A DNA stretch of 9,899 nucleotides from Octopus sinensis (lineage: Eukaryota): NCBI RefSeq assembly GCF_006345805.1, contig NW_021827752.1, positions 1-9,899 of the forward strand, read 5' to 3'. Each line of letters begins with the position of its first letter. Within the stretch, counting starts at the first letter, position 1. The position numbers and the translations under genes are program-made. The notes beneath the pieces were generated by a model. The model was not told the origin of the DNA, ran no database searches, and worked only from the letters and a program-made list of their open reading frames with translations. Below, piece after piece: positions 8,461 through 9,899 of the stretch.

Positions 8461-8909
8461 AATTGGTGTACATTTAAACACAAAGAGACGAGCCTTAATA
8501 GGTCGCCTAAAATACTAGAAGGAACAGTCAAAATGTCCAAATCACAGTTAAGTGGCAATTTTGAAGAGAATAAAAAATAAAATATCAACCATGTAGTATA
8601 GATAGATAAAAACAAAATAGATAGTAGAATGATAGATAGACAGATAGGCATATAAGAACCAGGGATCCAGGTGTTGGAAGGAAGTTAGCTTCGAGCAATC
8701 CGCATTTGAATATATATCTATATATAGATATATATTCAAACTCTCTTAATATTTGATATTCAATATTTCATCTATTCAATAAGACAATCAATACTTCATT
8801 TCATTTTACTATATATACTATTTATACTATATATTCTATATTCTACACTAATATTATATGAATGTAAATAAACATTAAAAAAAACAACGACAGAGCTGGA
8901 ATTCCTTTG

Positions 8910-8913
<4 letters not shown>

Positions 8914-8962
<49 letters not shown>
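8914..8962. repeat. Perfect (AT)n microsatellite, about 24 units
   Basis: Uninterrupted array. Confidence 0.95.
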
Positions 8963-8966
<4 letters not shown>

Positions 8967-9151
8967 TATGTGTATTTTTCAATGTGGACAAATAACTAAA
9001 TAAATAAATAAATATCACCAGGGTAGCAAAAAATTCAAATAAGTACCAAGGATGTTAAAGGTAGAAATTCCAGAGTTTAGTGAAATGTTTTTGATTAGCA
9101 GATAAATAAAGAAATGGAATTAAAAGCTGGTGTTATTCAAATCTTTATACT

Positions 9152-9197
9152 TCCGACATATGTTTCGAAGAAAACATTGGTATTATTCCAGCGGGGA
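9152..9197 (-). other. Possible heavily decayed hammerhead remnant
   Basis: Minus strand UCC-CCGCUG-GAA...UUC-GAAACAUAUGUC/GGA: palindromic ACAUAUGU stem III and GUC site are intact, the 5' core is damaged. Confidence 0.3.
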
Positions 9198-9692
9198 TAA
9201 AATGATGTAAAACAATGCGATCTTCTCATTGGTGAGAAAAAGAGAAACAAAATACATCAATAAGCCATTCTAATCGAATATGATTACTGCGTGTATGATG
9301 AAGGGAACGCTGGCAACTTATTTAAAAAAAAAACCGTCAATAGATTTATCGTCAAATGCAATTTGGAAAAGAGAAGGAGGGGAAAGAAAGAAATTTGTAG
9401 ACAACTAAGGGTGGATAAATGTAGAGCGATAGATGAATGGGAACAAAGCTTAAAGGCGTGGATTTAGTGTAAATGAAATGTAAGAAGACAGTTAAATGTC
9501 GAATTTTATAGATTGGTAGAAATTACTTATAGGAACTAAAGGTATGTTTTTGCCAATGTTTGCAACGATAAACGCGTTTACAGAATGTGTTTACAGAAGG
9601 ATTATCTGAGAAAAGGATGAGAGAGTTCTTTGTTACAGAGCGGAGAAAAAGATTTTCCTTTATCATATGGAAAGCGCCTAGATAGAATATTC

Positions 9693-9877
9693 TATTCTAA
9701 ATCAAATTGTTTATTATGTTGCTTCAGAGACCAAATTAATTTACTAAGCCCAGTATAGTTGCATTTACTGATATATCAAAATGATATGTTTATATTTAGA
9801 CATATCAGTAATGCAACAATAGTGAGCTTAGTAGATTTATTTCTGAAGGAACATGATAAGCAATTTGATTTGGAATA
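9693..9877. mobile_element. 185-bp foldback (long inverted repeat), MITE-like
   Basis: Arm 9693-9777 versus reverse complement of 9799-9877: 68 of 79 aligned positions identical, gaps of 5 and 1 nt, 21-nt spacer; TA at both outer ends. Confidence 0.7.
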
Positions 9878-9899
9878 TAAAAATTGAATAACACTTGCG

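Overview
AT-rich, non-coding eukaryotic DNA (intron or intergenic) with no credible protein-coding gene. Nearly all listed ORFs are translations of (AT)n/(AC)n/(GT)n/(ATCT)n microsatellites, a minisatellite or SINE sequence. The repeat content resembles an octopus/coleoid cephalopod genome, but this rests on remembered SINE motifs and was not database-checked. Contents: a degenerate 38/34-bp minisatellite (161-840), two copies of one tRNA-headed SINE family (2450-2598 minus, ~4172-4717 plus), many microsatellites, and a 185-bp foldback element (9693-9877). The main signal is a set of short microsatellite-flanked elements carrying minimal type I hammerhead ribozyme (HHR) motifs of the kind known from Penelope-like element (PLE) pseudo-LTRs. 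Two are nearly complete (1790-1837 and 2683-2729, both minus) and share a non-canonical CCGANGA core. Two are decayed (3286-3325, 9152-9197). One is a head-to-head foldback (7754-7906) whose 20-nt deletion starts exactly at the predicted cleavage site. No ribozyme activity can be shown from sequence alone.
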